In this document: in pieces, positions 62,963-64,000 of the stretch
Numbering within the stretch: position 1 is the first letter of the stretch
Layout of the letters: each line of letters opens with the position of its first letter
DNA from: Dimorphilus gyrociliatus
Lineage: Eukaryota; Animalia; Annelida
Length of the DNA: 64,000 nucleotides
Assembly: GCA_904063045.1 (NCBI GenBank)
Contig: CAJFCJ010000005.1
Span: 3,935,689-3,999,688 of the forward strand
Direction: 5' to 3'
Notes under the pieces: generated by a model
Databases searched by the model: none
What the model saw: the letters and a program-made list of their open reading frames with translations, nothing else
What the model was told of the DNA's origin: nothing
Position numbers and translations under genes: made by a program

Positions 62963-64000
62963 ATGGACCTTCTTAAGCTCCTAACTTATATATCTTTTGT
63001 TATCCTTCCTCTTTTCCTTTTACCTGCAGTAATTGGGTAAGTAAATTGTCTTTTTACTACGGTTAATAGAGTGTATGTAGTATATATATACAGGATTTAT
63101 ATAATGGTTAGTAATTAATATTATTAATACATACAACACACTATATGGCAATGATAATATTTTATCAAGCCCTTTTAAGAATTCTCTCTCTTTGAACCTA
63201 TATTTCTTTCTCGATTTCACCCATACTAAGCTCTTTCATCATTTTAACCATATTGTTTTCTTTCTAGTGTTACAAGTGCAGAATCGGAGAATTTATATCC
63301 GAATCCTGAACATAAACTTATCAGAAATTTATTAAGCAATTACGAAAGGGGACATAGATCGGCTAGACCAGTGAAGAATATTCATAAAGCACTTCATCTT
63401 AATTTTACGTTATTCTTAAGAAAACTTATCGATTTAGACCCAAAAAATCAAGAATTAACAACATTAATTGAAATTAAATATGAATGGATAGATGAACTTT
63501 TAAAATGGAATGAATCCGCTTATCATGGTATCAAACTCGTCGAAATGAACATTAAAGATATATGGTCACCCAACGTTAGAATATCTGAATTGTTTGTTTC
63601 GAATTAATATTTCATCAATGTTTATTTCATTCACTTTTCTATTTGTTATAGAACTGGTAGGAAAACAGATTTTAATCCAATTGAAGAAGTTATTGTCGAA
63701 TCTTCAGGAAGAGTAACTTTTAATCCTAGGGAAATTTTAAAAACGCCATGTGACGTTGACGTTACTTATTTTCCTTTTGAGAGACAGGTAAAATGGTACA
63801 TTTAATTATAGCGTTACTCATACATTATTAAATAGACTTGCTCACTTTCGTATGTAAACTGGATGCATCATAACAAAGCTGTTTTTCTGAGGCTGAAAAC
63901 ATCAGGTAATCTTCCTTATGATAAATTCTATTTTACACCCGAACCTGGTAATGAATGGGAAATAATCGACGTTCACCAAGATATTTTTTATCACGAACAT
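62963..64000 (+). CDS. Second tandem nAChR-like subunit, 5' part (runs off the window)
   Basis: Signal exon MDLLKLLTYISFVILPLFLLPAVIG, EHKLIRNLLSNY..SARPVKN, WSPNVRISEL and Cys loop CDVDVTYFPFERQTC. Confidence 0.88.

Overview
AT-rich, very gene-dense animal genomic DNA with many ~50-70 nt spliceosomal introns. The gene content looks spiralian and would fit a miniature annelid such as Dimorphilus, but that is inference only. About 22 protein-coding genes can be assembled by hand. Several are absent from or fragmented in the ORF track: a myophilin/transgelin-like gene, a CD225/dispanin, a GPI-type 3-Ig protein, a multi-exon ADAM-like protease and an L-amino-acid-oxidase-like enzyme. Order: myophilin-like (+), PTCHD3-like (+), U2AF2 (+), CaRF-like/C2H2 (-), C2H2 ZF (+), TMEM184C (-), OXA1L (-), CCDC191 (+), UFD1 paralogue (+), FAAH2 (-), SHB-family SH2 adaptor (-), LACTB2 (+), possible small orphan (-), Ig protein (+), dispanin (+), TRPM (-), RING (+), TRIM-like (-), ADAM-like (+), LAAO-like (+), EF-hand (-), two nAChR-like subunits (+, the second cut by the window end). 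I found no rRNA, tRNA, CRISPR or recognisable transposon. The strongest signals are: (1) the PTCHD gene reads through best if 4 of its 5 introns use non-canonical donors (2 GC-AG, 2 GA-AG) sharing AG|GnAnG; (2) a prodomain-less, TM-less ADAM with a duplicated disintegrin/Cys-rich module; (3) tandem nAChR-like subunits with a rebuilt ligand pocket. All gene models are manual, homology is recalled from family knowledge, and no database search was run.
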